DNA from: an uncultured Candidatus Saccharibacteria bacterium
GTDB taxonomy: Bacteria > Patescibacteriota > Minisyncoccia > Phycocordibacterales > UBA2100
Assembly (NCBI GenBank): GCA_964528735.1
Contig: CAZGUV010000002.1
Location: 23,202-83,897 of the forward strand
Direction: 5' to 3'
Length of the DNA: 60,696 bases
A program made the position numbers and the translations under genes. Shown one piece after another: positions 17,651 to 26,509 of the stretch. The notes beneath the pieces were generated by a model. That model saw only the letters and a program-made list of their open reading frames with translations, did not search any database and was not told the origin of the DNA. How positions within the stretch are numbered: position 1 is the first letter of the stretch; every line of letters begins with the position of its first letter.

Positions 17651-19327
17651 TTATTGTGGTATGACAAGTGGTATTTCGGCGATAAATGTTGAGCCTTGTC
17701 CTTCCCCGGCCGATTCTGCCCACACCCTTCCCTTATGTGCCTCGATCATCTGCTTAGCCACGTATAATCCAAGCCCAGTACCAGAAACGTTAACCCCAGC
17801 AGCACCTCGTGCTCTGACAAATTTATCAAATAATTTGCCTATCTCATCAGCCGGTATTCCAACACCGGTATCAGATATGAGCACTCTGACTGATGAATCA
17901 ACACGTTGAGCGCGAATGGTCACCGAACCTTCACGGGTGTACTTGATTGAGTTGTCGACGAGATTGCTTATCACATGCTTGAGTTTGCCGTAATCAGCAC
18001 GCACCATAAAGGCTTCCTCGGGCATTTCGTAATGAAGTGCGAGCCCTTTTCGTTCCGCGCCTGAACGGAGCTCTTCGTACACCTCCTTAGCGAGTGTACG
18101 TATATCGAAATCAGTCATGTCGTACACCATTCTTCCTTGTTCAATACGAGAGACACTCAAAAAGTCCTCAATCGTACCATTCATCAACATTCCAGATTGC
18201 AGCACCTTTCGCAAAACCTCTTGAGTCTTCTCAGTGATAGGTCCAAATGAACCGCCAAGTATAAGTGAGGTGTATCCATTCATAGCACCGAGTGGGGTCC
18301 GAAGTTGGTGTGTAGCAATCGAGAGGAATTCTGATTTCTGGGCACTGAGAGCGGCAAGCTGTGCATTCGCAGACTCGAGCTCTTTTGCGAGTTGTTCGGC
18401 GAGCTCACGAGTACGGACTTCTTTCGCAACGCTGAGTATGAAGAAGGCGCCTGATGCGATGAGCACTATGGTCAATACAAGTCCAAAGATTTTACCTTCA
18501 ACTGTCTCATTGGTTACCGCAGCGAGAGTTGAAAGGAGTGCCATAAACAACACGAGCAATTCTGCAGACACTACTCTGATGTCAAAGAGTCTATGTTTGA
18601 ACATTCCGTATGTCATAGTGAATGTCGAGAACAAAACCGCAAAAGGTCCAAACCAGTTCATTCCCGAAACGCCCATGAGTGGCAAAATGAGATTTGAAAA
18701 AACTCCGGCAACTACAGGCACACCAGTTCCTACGAATATATACAGGAGCTGGAGTTTGGTTTGCGCATCTGCCTCGTCTCGGTAACGTATCCACAGAAAT
18801 CTATAGAGCAAGCCAAACGCGACACAGAGATAGAGTCCAAATGCGATGTGCGATGCAGGCAGAATTGACATAAGTGGCGTACCGTCAGCAGCAACATTCA
18901 AATCGCGCAAGAAAAGAGGCGAGAAAATCATCGTTTCTATAGAGAATGTTACAAAAAGTATTATTTGATTTGTTCGTTTCGAAACTATTTCTTGGGTTGC
19001 CTTAAATGTGCTGACGAATGCGTAAAATGCGAGCGGAATGAGTGCCGCAGAGGCGAATGCAAACTGTGCACAAAACCATGCAAGTTTGTAGGTAGGAATA
19101 TAACCGCTTCTCAAGAGAAACAACGACATCCCCCAAGAAGTGGTGACTGCAGTAAGTAAGAAGAAGTAGTAACTGCTTCGCGCCTGTCTGTCTTGTGAAA
19201 ATACGAAGAGTCCCAAAATGATATTGAGAAGCATTGCACCACCTACTCCAAGGAGCGAGTAAGAATCAGAAAGCATTTCAAAACCTATAGGTGCGACACC
19301 AATATCCATCCTGCTATAATACACCAA
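17651..19327 (-). CDS. Sensor histidine kinase with a ~8-TM N-terminal sensor domain; no adjacent response regulator
   Basis: H-box SIATHQLRTPL, N-box DNSIKYT, G1 DTGVGI, G2 GTGLGL. An alternative start at 19309 would remove the 14-nt overlap with the upstream gene. Confidence 0.8.
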   Translation of the reverse strand: MVYYSRMDIGVAPIGFEMLSDSYSLLGVGGAMLLNIILGLFVFSQDRQARSSYYFFLLTAVTTSWGMSLFLLRSGYIPTYKLAWFCAQFAFASAALIPLAFYAFVSTFKATQEIVSKRTNQIILFVTFSIETMIFSPLFLRDLNVAADGTPLMSILPASHIAFGLYLCVAFGLLYRFLWIRYRDEADAQTKLQLLYIFVGTGVPVVAGVFSNLILPLMGVSGMNWFGPFAVLFSTFTMTYGMFKHRLFDIRVVSAELLVLFMALLSTLAAVTNETVEGKIFGLVLTIVLIASGAFFILSVAKEVRTRELAEQLAKELESANAQLAALSAQKSEFLSIATHQLRTPLGAMNGYTSLILGGSFGPITEKTQEVLRKVLQSGMLMNGTIEDFLSVSRIEQGRMVYDMTDFDIRTLAKEVYEELRSGAERKGLALHYEMPEEAFMVRADYGKLKHVISNLVDNSIKYTREGSVTIRAQRVDSSVRVLISDTGVGIPADEIGKLFDKFVRARGAAGVNVSGTGLGLYVAKQMIEAHKGRVWAESAGEGQGSTFIAEIPLVIPQ

Positions 19328-20060
19328 GAGTTGAAAGGAACTTTCGGTACAGTGTATTTCTCAGTGTATAGTTCGTACCGCTCTGTTCAAAGAGAGAGGT
19401 GTTTCGAAGTACCTCATGCAAAAATGTCGCTATATCGGTGACGTGGAAAAAGCATGGTACTGGTACGTCGTCCGGCTGATTGTAGAAGTATGGAGCCATC
19501 ATTCCATCTTTTGGGTATGCGCATGAAAAATCTTGGAGCGAAGTGAATGGCATGCGCAACAACCGTAACTTTCCGATAAGTTTTGACTTTATGTACGCAC
19601 ATCCAACATCAAAACCTTCCTTTTGCGCGTAAGTAAGTGCGACATCTGCAAGAAAAAGCATCAGCACATTTCTCGGAATAAATGAATCCTCTTTTGTTCG
19701 CTCGACAACAAGACGACTTAACTCACCCATTTTTTTCGCGCTATTGAATTGTTCAGGTGTGTTGAAAGTAAATGTTTTGAAAAGTGGTAGAGGCGAGGTA
19801 TGCAGAAGTCTCATGGAGCCAAGCAGGCGTCCGTCAAGTGAAATGCCTACATACGTTGCAATCGAGGGCGTATCGTGTGCATCAGTATCTTCTGAGAGTG
19901 CTCCTGCTTGAGCAGGGTCAAAATACTTGTATTTGTTGTATATGCGCAGGCGTTGCTCAAACATCTGCTTCTGCATTTCCTTACTGGTGATGAGTCCGCA
20001 TGAGAGGATGCGAGCATTCCCATTCTCGTCCTGAAGTGTAAGTGTTTGAATGATGTCCAT
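19314..20060 (-). CDS. GNAT-fold N-acyl amino acid synthase-like protein (OlsB/FeeM/LuxI-like fold)
   Basis: The pattern RLRIYNKYKYFD...EDTDAHD...YVGISLDGRLLGSMRLL...GELSRLVV resembles the acyl-ACP-dependent N-acyltransferase family (Acetyltransf_5-like). Recognised by eye only. Confidence 0.45.
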   Translation of the reverse strand: MDIIQTLTLQDENGNARILSCGLITSKEMQKQMFEQRLRIYNKYKYFDPAQAGALSEDTDAHDTPSIATYVGISLDGRLLGSMRLLHTSPLPLFKTFTFNTPEQFNSAKKMGELSRLVVERTKEDSFIPRNVLMLFLADVALTYAQKEGFDVGCAYIKSKLIGKLRLLRMPFTSLQDFSCAYPKDGMMAPYFYNQPDDVPVPCFFHVTDIATFLHEVLRNTSLFEQSGTNYTLRNTLYRKFLSTLGVL

Positions 20061-20063
20061 ATC

Positions 20064-20747
20064 TTATTTTGTTCTGTTCATAATATCCTTCGCGATTTCC
20101 TTACAGACAGAAACATCTGTAGCGTCGTGAGAGTCGTACCGTACAGGCTCATGGTATGTAATTGTCATACGAATATCTCCTTTCACAAACGATGGTGGCT
20201 CATGAACATGAGTGCGTGTTATCTGCACTGGAATGACAACGCAACCTGTTTGAGCTGCAAGGTAACCAACCCCACCTCCTGGCTCCGGCTTTTTCCGTTT
20301 GATGCCTCCTTCTGGGAAAATGCATAGTGACCACCCTCGCTCAAGTATTTCCTTATGTGCCCCAAGAGACTGTGCATAGTCCCCTGTTCCTCGTATTAAA
20401 GGAAATGACCCCCACAAAGTGAAAAAAAGTCTTGAGTTGTAAAAGAAATTTCTCCATCCATAGTTATCACTCTGAAACTCTTTGACCGGTGCTGATACAT
20501 AAAACATCGGAAAACGTTTGGTGTATGGTTTGACGCCTGAAAGTACAATAATAGGATCAAATTCACTGACGTGAGTGCAACAAAAAATCACACCCGTGTT
20601 GTGTTGGTGTGCAAGTTTCTGTGCTGACCGAACATTATCCTCGCCGGTCACCTTCAGTGACAAAAAGACGTGTAGCGCGAGCCTGCCTGGGTACCATGCT
20701 ATGAGCTGGAGTATGGTTGGAAAGACTCTGTGGTACCACGAAATCAC
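20064..20747 (-). CDS. PlsC-family lysophospholipid/lyso-aminolipid acyltransferase (OlsA-like)
   Basis: HxxxxD motif CTHVSEFDP and FPEGG block. Confidence 0.7.
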   Translation of the reverse strand: MISWYHRVFPTILQLIAWYPGRLALHVFLSLKVTGEDNVRSAQKLAHQHNTGVIFCCTHVSEFDPIIVLSGVKPYTKRFPMFYVSAPVKEFQSDNYGWRNFFYNSRLFFTLWGSFPLIRGTGDYAQSLGAHKEILERGWSLCIFPEGGIKRKKPEPGGGVGYLAAQTGCVVIPVQITRTHVHEPPSFVKGDIRMTITYHEPVRYDSHDATDVSVCKEIAKDIMNRTK

Positions 20748-20763
20748 AATGGAAAGAAGTATC

Positions 20764-21249
20764 TCACACCTTTCTTGAAAAAGCGATTGCGGTTATACCA
20801 AGAAGCAAAACAAAAAGAAGTGAAGCTTCACCGTTTACAAATTGTCCCAAAAATGGGCCAAAAGTGAATACCGAACTCATTGGTATCACTCGTGTTACAA
20901 CGTATGCTGAAAGAAGTGCGATTCCCGTTGCTGCCATCGCTACTTTCGGCATACGCTTGGTATCATCAAGTCCTGAAGTCGAATGGCGCACTGCCCAAAA
21001 AGAAAAGACAAACATGAGGATGAAGAAAGTCAGCTCTATAGGAACTGGTAGGATTGCGAGAAGCATTTGAACAAATTGAGGGACAAGGAGTTTCCCAGCA
21101 GAAAGTGTTGAAAGAAATGAGGCAATAACGAGTGCAAGTCCAACTTCGGAGACAACTTGCACCCCTCGAAGAAGTCCAGCGCCCAGCGCACATGCAAACA
21201 CGATTGCGAGGAAAATAAAATCAGAAGATATACCAGACAAAATATCCAT
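20764..21249 (-). CDS. Small polytopic membrane protein (possibly CvpA-like)
   Basis: Four hydrophobic segments and no catalytic motifs. Confidence 0.35.
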   Translation of the reverse strand: MDILSGISSDFIFLAIVFACALGAGLLRGVQVVSEVGLALVIASFLSTLSAGKLLVPQFVQMLLAILPVPIELTFFILMFVFSFWAVRHSTSGLDDTKRMPKVAMAATGIALLSAYVVTRVIPMSSVFTFGPFLGQFVNGEASLLFVLLLGITAIAFSRKV

Positions 21250-21292
21250 TCACAAAGTATATAGTACTTTTAGATAAGACAAAGACAGAAAA

Positions 21293-22396
21293 TCACAATC
21301 CTTCTTTTCGTAGCTCAGAAATGAGTTCTTTCGCGTGCTTAGAAAGTTTTTTGGGAATCTCAACTGCGATTACCGCGATAAGGTCACCCCGCGTATTGCG
21401 TGATGGAAAGCCTTTTCCTTTTATTCGAACTACGTCTCCATGTGAAGCGCCAGCGTGTACTTGTACAATCACATCTCCATCTGGTGATGGGATGTTGTAT
21501 TCATGTCCAAGCAATGCATCAGTCAGCTTTACAGATAGTTGGTAGACAATGTCACTGCCCACGCGCTCAAAACGAGGGTCTGGCTTTACATGAATTTTTA
21601 TATAGAGATCACCATGGACTCCACCAGAGATTGCCTCACCTTTTCCAGTCATTCGCAATACCTCGCCATCATTGATGCCACCCGGGACTGCAATTTTGAT
21701 CTCTTCTTGTTGTTTGAACACTTTTTGACCCTTACAGGTTGTGCACTTGTCTTTTGGTATGCTCCCGAGCCCATCACATGCATCGCATGTTCGAAGTTGC
21801 GTAAAGACACCAAGAAGTGAGCGCTTTGTCTCTTTTATCTGTCCATTGCTGTTACATGTTGTGCATTGAACAGTTGCAGAGCCTTTCCCACCGCTTCCTT
21901 TGCATTCACCACACTGTGCGATTTTGTTAAGCAGGACAGTACGCTCTGCGCCAAAAACTGAATCCTTAAAAGTGATTTCTATATCGATCGAAATATCTCG
22001 CCCTCGTTTCTGTGCTTTGCGACCCTGATTACGTGTGCCTGCGCCAAAAAATTCACCAAATATGTCACCCAAATCAAACTCGACGCCATTTGCTGAGAAC
22101 GAACCATTGAAACCTTGTCCAGTGAACTGTGAAAAATCAAAACCGTCGAAGCCAGTAAATCCTCCCCCTTGTGGACCGGCACCATTAAATGTCTGTCCAT
22201 ACGTGTCATATTCTGCCCTTCTCTTTTTATCAGAAAGTACAGAGTATGCCTCACTCACTTCCTTAAACTTTCTCTCATCACCACCTGCCTTGTCTGGATG
22301 GTATTGCTGCGCAAGTTTTCTAAATGCTTTTTTTATTTCATCTTCGCTGGCGCTCTTTCGAACACCCAAAATGTCATAGTAGTTCTTTGAGTTCAT
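21293..22396 (-). CDS. dnaJ: Chaperone DnaJ
   Basis: J domain (YYDILGV...HPDK), a G/F-rich region and four CxxCxGxG zinc-finger repeats. Confidence 0.9.
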   Translation of the reverse strand: MNSKNYYDILGVRKSASEDEIKKAFRKLAQQYHPDKAGGDERKFKEVSEAYSVLSDKKRRAEYDTYGQTFNGAGPQGGGFTGFDGFDFSQFTGQGFNGSFSANGVEFDLGDIFGEFFGAGTRNQGRKAQKRGRDISIDIEITFKDSVFGAERTVLLNKIAQCGECKGSGGKGSATVQCTTCNSNGQIKETKRSLLGVFTQLRTCDACDGLGSIPKDKCTTCKGQKVFKQQEEIKIAVPGGINDGEVLRMTGKGEAISGGVHGDLYIKIHVKPDPRFERVGSDIVYQLSVKLTDALLGHEYNIPSPDGDVIVQVHAGASHGDVVRIKGKGFPSRNTRGDLIAVIAVEIPKKLSKHAKELISELRKEGL

Positions 22397-22438
22397 GTAC
22401 GTATTATATGCACTCTGACGTCTGGTGCAATGGTGCTG

Positions 22439-23683
22439 CTACGCTCTCTGTAAAACAGAAACTTTTTGCTTGCCACGTCTCAACAACGCGAGTCCGTTAT
22501 CGTAGAATGTTGCAGAGTCAATCGCGTATGAGGTGTCAGTTATTCGCTCACTATTGTTTATAGATACTGCACCTCCTTCAATAAACTGCCGTGCCTCACG
22601 CTTTGAGCTCGCTAGACCGGTAGAAACAAGGACATCGACAAGCAATTCACCACTTTGAACTCGCGCACACGGCACGTCGCGAACAAATACATCGACATCG
22701 GTGATGCTTTGAATGTCACCATCGCCAAAAAGTATCTTCGCGGTGTCTTCTGCAAGCTGAGCTGATGCAGTACCATGAACAATATCTGTTACTGCATACG
22801 CAAGAGAGCGCTGCGCTGAACGCTCGCCGGGATTTTCTGAGTGCGACATCATGATCTCAGAAATATCATCAAGAGAAATTTCAGTATACAGTTTCAAGAA
22901 GTCCTCAACACTTTCGTCGCCTGTGTTAAACCAAAACTGGTAAAACTGAAATGGGGTGGTTTTTGTTGCATCAAGCCAGACGGCATTTCCTTCGCTCTTG
23001 CCAAATTTTTTGCCCGTTGCCTTATCAATCACGAGTGGAATGGTGAGTGCATAGGTGGTACCACCTTCTTTGCGTCGTATGAGATCTACTCCTGCGATAA
23101 TGTTGCCCCATTGATCAGAGCCACCGATTTGCAGGTCGCAACCATACTCACGATGAAGATGTAGGTAGTCGTATGCCTGGAGTAGCGGGTACGAAAACTC
23201 TGTATAGGTGATTCCATCAGCGCTCTCCATTCGTGCTGCAATAGCATCTTTCTTCACTAATGAGTTTGCAGTGAAATGCTTTCCTATGTCTCTGAGAAAC
23301 TCAATATAGCCGAGCTTACCGAGCCAATCATAGTTGTCCGCAATAGTAAGGTTTGGTACTGCAAGTATGTGTTGTGCCTGAAAACGGATTGATTCTACGT
23401 TTGCAACAATAGTCTCGCGTGGCAAGAGAGGTCGTTCAACATTTGGTTTCGGGTCTCCAATCATTCCAGTGCCGCCGCCCGCAAGAAAAATGACTTTGTG
23501 CCCTGCCTTTGCAAGTGCTCGTAATAGTAGTACCGCAACTAGATTTCCAACCGTCATCGAATCAGATGATGGGTCGACACCGAGGTACACTGTCCTTGGC
23601 TTACCGTCGAGTATCTCTTCAAGGGTCTCTGATGAGTACTGATGTATGTAGCCTCTGGCCTTGAGTTCTTGTGAAAGTGACAT
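22439..23683 (-). CDS. tyrS: Tyrosyl-tRNA synthetase
   Basis: Class I fold with KFGKS (KMSKS) and a C-terminal S4-like domain. Confidence 0.9.
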   Translation of the reverse strand: MSLSQELKARGYIHQYSSETLEEILDGKPRTVYLGVDPSSDSMTVGNLVAVLLLRALAKAGHKVIFLAGGGTGMIGDPKPNVERPLLPRETIVANVESIRFQAQHILAVPNLTIADNYDWLGKLGYIEFLRDIGKHFTANSLVKKDAIAARMESADGITYTEFSYPLLQAYDYLHLHREYGCDLQIGGSDQWGNIIAGVDLIRRKEGGTTYALTIPLVIDKATGKKFGKSEGNAVWLDATKTTPFQFYQFWFNTGDESVEDFLKLYTEISLDDISEIMMSHSENPGERSAQRSLAYAVTDIVHGTASAQLAEDTAKILFGDGDIQSITDVDVFVRDVPCARVQSGELLVDVLVSTGLASSKREARQFIEGGAVSINNSERITDTSYAIDSATFYDNGLALLRRGKQKVSVLQRA

Positions 23684-23721
23684 GGTGGATAGTATACGGC
23701 AGGAATGACCGAAATTAAAGA

Positions 23722-23753
23722 ATGCCGCGAGCGTGTGGGTTCACTCGCGGCAT
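23722..23753 (-). terminator. 10-bp GC-rich hairpin with a weak U-tract, 38 nt upstream of tyrS and 8 nt after the small-ORF stop
   Basis: ATGCCGCGAG-12 nt-CTCGCGGCAT is followed on the minus strand by TCTTTAATTT. Confidence 0.4.
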
Positions 23754-23761
23754 GTCCTCAC

Positions 23762-24016
23762 TTAATGGGTGACTGCCCTCAGTTTGACCACGTCGTCCGG
23801 TACGACACACCTCATGAGCACACTCGCGCATACCCACATTTTCCGGTGTCCACATACTCGAAACGAACGCGGTTCAATCTTTTGGTCAGCGCCCGTTGGG
23901 CGAAGCCACAACACCTCACCAGCCTTGAGTGATAGATGGGTGCGACGACCACGAACAGGACCACGTCCTGAGTACGTCAAATCGCTCCCAAGCACCACTT
24001 TCATAGAACGCATCAT
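23762..24016 (-). CDS. Orphan 84-aa ORF in a ~55% GC islet
   Basis: Good Shine-Dalgarno (AAAGGGGAGAACCAATG). It is bracketed by hairpins and I recognise no family. GC is about 10 points above the flanks. Confidence 0.35.
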   Translation of the reverse strand: MMRSMKVVLGSDLTYSGRGPVRGRRTHLSLKAGEVLWLRPTGADQKIEPRSFRVCGHRKMWVCASVLMRCVVPDDVVKLRAVTH

Positions 24017-24037
24017 TGGTTCTCCCCTTTTCTGATG

Positions 24038-24087
24038 ACCACCACAACCGGTGGTGAAGAAATGTCATAAACAACTCTTCACCACCG
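24038..24087 (-). promoter_or_regulatory. Structured 5' leader: a perfect 12-bp hairpin with an alternative downstream pairing partner
   Basis: CGGTGGTGAAGA (24087-24076) pairs with TCTTCACCACCG (24060-24049). The 3' arm can alternatively pair with GTGGTGGT (24045-24038), about 10 nt before the SD. Confidence 0.4.
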
Positions 24088-24093
24088 ACTGCA

Positions 24094-24123
24094 CAAAAAA
24101 TCCCTGCCGGTCGGCAGGGATTT
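24094..24123 (-). terminator. Strong intrinsic terminator
   Basis: The minus strand reads TCCCTGCC-GACC-GGCAGGGA followed by TTTTTT. Confidence 0.75.
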
Positions 24124-24150
24124 GGAGTCAATGCGGTCAACAACAAATCA

Positions 24151-24216
24151 CTACCGACAGGTAGGTACGATGACGACCACGACTGATTGCTGTTTCATAT
24201 ATCTAGTATGTACCAT
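24151..24216 (-). CDS. Candidate leader micro-ORF (21 aa, or 15 aa from the second ATG): MVHTRYMKQQSVVVVIVPTCR
   Basis: ATG preceded by GAAAGGA, six consecutive Val/Ile codons and a double stop TAG TGA. It lies directly upstream of alternative hairpins and the terminator at 24094-24123. It is below the ORF-track length cut-off. Confidence 0.3.
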   Translation of the reverse strand: MVHTRYMKQQSVVVVIVPTCR

Positions 24217-24267
24217 ATCCTTTCGTTGATGCAAGGGCTGTCTCAAGAGTGTCAGTACTACGTGTAA

Positions 24268-24666
24268 TTACAGCGACCTCCATGCGCCTCCATTAATTGC
24301 AATGATGCCATACTCATTCAACATCTGTACCGCACGGCTACTCCTGGCTCCTGAATGACACACTATGATAATGGTGTCTTGAATAAATTGTAGAGCATCT
24401 AAATGTTTGGAGAGTGTATCGAGTGGTATGTTTTCAGATGCGCTGTGGTGTCCCGTTGCAAACTCTTCTGATGAGCGAACATCAATAATGCGTGCACCGT
24501 TACTCAATAGTTGCTTAGTGATGTATGCACCATGTGTTGCTTGGGTCGCACTACTGTTGCTGTGGGTTTTGCTGCTCAGCTTCTGGAGGGGTTTGCGGCT
24601 CACCGTTGTTTTTTTGCATTGCTGGGCCGATTTCCTGCATAGCCATACCAAGAGCTTCGGTTGCAT
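24268..24666 (-). CDS. Single-domain rhodanese (sulfurtransferase); start uncertain
   Basis: [14 protein letters not shown] and the active-site loop CHSGARS. The rhodanese fold begins only around 24530. The ATG-initiated ORF overlaps the dnaK 3' end by 116 nt, and there is no in-frame ATG after the dnaK stop. Confidence 0.65.
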   Translation of the reverse strand: MQPKLLVWLCRKSAQQCKKTTVSRKPLQKLSSKTHSNSSATQATHGAYITKQLLSNGARIIDVRSSEEFATGHHSASENIPLDTLSKHLDALQFIQDTIIIVCHSGARSSRAVQMLNEYGIIAINGGAWRSL

Positions 24667-26407
24667 TTTTGATAGAGTCCATATCTTCCTTCGACAATGC
24701 GTCTTTTAGTTCTTGTATCTTTGCTTCAACCTTCTCCTTTACATCGCTTGCAACTTTGTCGGCATGTTCCTTGAGCGACTTTTCGGCTTGATAGACTATT
24801 TGCTCACCAAAGTTTTTGACTTCAACCATTTCCTTCTTCTTTTTGTCGTCTTCTGCGTGAAGTTCGGCCTCTTTTGTCATGCGTTCGATGTCATCTTTTG
24901 AGAGTCCTGAACTACCTTTGATTTCAATAGACTGCTTTTTACCAGTCGTTTTTTCAACAGCCGACACTTTCAATATACCGTTTGCGTCAATGTCAAAAGT
25001 AACTTCAACTTGTGGTGTTCCGCGTGGTGCTGGAGGGATTCCATCAAGTACGAATCTTCCAAGCGATCTGTTATCTGCCGCCATTTCGCGTTCTCCCTGT
25101 ACTACGTTTATCTCGACTGAGGGCTGATTATCAGCTGCTGTTGAGAAAATTTGTGATTTACTCGTCGGTATTGTCGTGTTGCGAGGGATAAGCTTTGTTG
25201 CGATTGAGCCCATTGTCTCGATACCTAGTGAGAGTGGCGTAACGTCCAGCAAGAGAACATCTTTAACGTCGCCTTGGAGGATTCCTGCCTGAATAGCTGC
25301 GCCAACAGCAACAACTTCGTCAGGATTTACGTTTTTGTTCGGCTCTTTTCCAAAGTATGCCTTTACTGCTTCAACAATAGCTGGCATGCGAGTTTGTCCA
25401 CCCACAAGAATGACTTGCTGTATGTCTCCGACCTTGAACGGAGATGCATCAAGTGTTTCCTTGGTGATTTTCATTGATTGCGCAATGTAATCGGATGCAA
25501 GCTCTTCGAGTTTCGCTCGTGAGAGCTTCATGAGAAGGTGTTGAGGGCCATCTGCTGTTGATGTGATGAATGGTATGTTGATCTCTGCTTCAACAGTCGT
25601 AGAAAGTTCTATCTTTGCCTTTTCTGCCGCTTCGTCGATTCTCTGTAGTGCAAGTGCGTCCTTGCCAACATCAATACCTGACATCTTCTTAAACTCGTCG
25701 ACAATGTAACGGATAATTTTCTGATCGATGTCTCGTCCACCCATGTGAGAATCACCTCCAGTTGAGCGTACTTCAATCACACCATCACTTACTTCAAGTA
25801 CTGAGACATCAAACGTTCCTCCACCAAAGTCGTATACAACGACCTTCTCCTCATTCTTAGAGCCAAAGCCGTATGCGAGTGCCGCAGCGGTAGGTTCGTT
25901 TATGATTCGCTTTACATCAAGTCCTGCGATTGCTCCTGCATCCTTAGTTGCCTTTCTCTGGTCATCGTTGAAGTATGCGGGGACAGTAATCACTGCCTCG
26001 GTGATTGTCTCACCAAGCTTCGCTTCAGCATCGGCCTTGAGTTTTGCGAGGACCATTGCTGAAATTTCCTCTGGTCGGTACTCTTTATCTCCGATAACGG
26101 CGATAACGCCACCATCTTTTCCAGCCTTGAGTGTGTATGGGACTGTACTCAAATCCTTCTGAACTTCTGGATCAGAAAACTTGTGTCCAATATAGCGCTT
26201 TATACCGTATATTGTGTTTTTTGGATTTGTGACTGACTGTCTCTTTGCGATGACACCGACTAGCCGGTCGCCATTTTTTGAAATACCAACGACAGAAGGT
26301 GTAGTCCGTGCTCCTTCAATGTTTTCTAATATAGTCGGCTGCCCTGCTTGGATGATAGCCATAGCAGAGTTTGTTGTACCGAGGTCGATTCCAAGTATTT
26401 TTGACAT
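24551..26407 (-). CDS. dnaK: Chaperone DnaK (Hsp70)
   Basis: [19 protein letters not shown] and [11 protein letters not shown] motifs. Length 618 aa. Confidence 0.95.
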   Translation of the reverse strand: MSKILGIDLGTTNSAMAIIQAGQPTILENIEGARTTPSVVGISKNGDRLVGVIAKRQSVTNPKNTIYGIKRYIGHKFSDPEVQKDLSTVPYTLKAGKDGGVIAVIGDKEYRPEEISAMVLAKLKADAEAKLGETITEAVITVPAYFNDDQRKATKDAGAIAGLDVKRIINEPTAAALAYGFGSKNEEKVVVYDFGGGTFDVSVLEVSDGVIEVRSTGGDSHMGGRDIDQKIIRYIVDEFKKMSGIDVGKDALALQRIDEAAEKAKIELSTTVEAEINIPFITSTADGPQHLLMKLSRAKLEELASDYIAQSMKITKETLDASPFKVGDIQQVILVGGQTRMPAIVEAVKAYFGKEPNKNVNPDEVVAVGAAIQAGILQGDVKDVLLLDVTPLSLGIETMGSIATKLIPRNTTIPTSKSQIFSTAADNQPSVEINVVQGEREMAADNRSLGRFVLDGIPPAPRGTPQVEVTFDIDANGILKVSAVEKTTGKKQSIEIKGSSGLSKDDIERMTKEAELHAEDDKKKKEMVEVKNFGEQIVYQAEKSLKEHADKVASDVKEKVEAKIQELKDALSKEDMDSIKNATEALGMAMQEIGPAMQKNNGEPQTPPEAEQQNPQQQ

Positions 26408-26457
26408 AATACAATGTTAGAAATATGTAAGTGTTCGTAGTGAACAAAGGTATATTA

Positions 26458-26503
26458 AAACGCTCCAGTAAATTATGCAAGTGGATAAATTACTGGAGCG
26501 TTT
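26458..26503 (-). terminator. Intrinsic terminator after the membrane-protein cassette
   Basis: A 13-14-bp stem AAACGCTCCAGTAA / TTACTGGAGCGTTT is followed on the minus strand by TTAATAT. Confidence 0.55.
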
Positions 26504-26509
26504 ACTGGG

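Noticed and set aside
23861-23885. tRNA-like T-loop string GGTTCAATC, and a GAAC...GTTC-like string CGAACGCGGTTC.
   Set aside because: No complementary T-stem or acceptor stem surrounds the string. The GAAC/GTTC spacing is 3 nt rather than 4, so it is not a Cheo box.
23684-24016. Possible T-box riboswitch upstream of tyrS.
   Set aside because: A terminator-like hairpin sits just before tyrS, and GAGGACATGCCGCGAG faintly resembles the T-box core. I could not find a proper GGGTGGTACCGCG box, a stem I specifier loop with a UAC codon, or AG-bulge/GA motifs. The region also carries a well-initiated ORF.
23916-24146. 76-aa minus-strand ORF spanning the 24094-24123 terminator.
   Set aside because: It reads straight through a strong terminator hairpin and the leader hairpin. 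It has no SD and overlaps the better-supported 84-aa ORF start.
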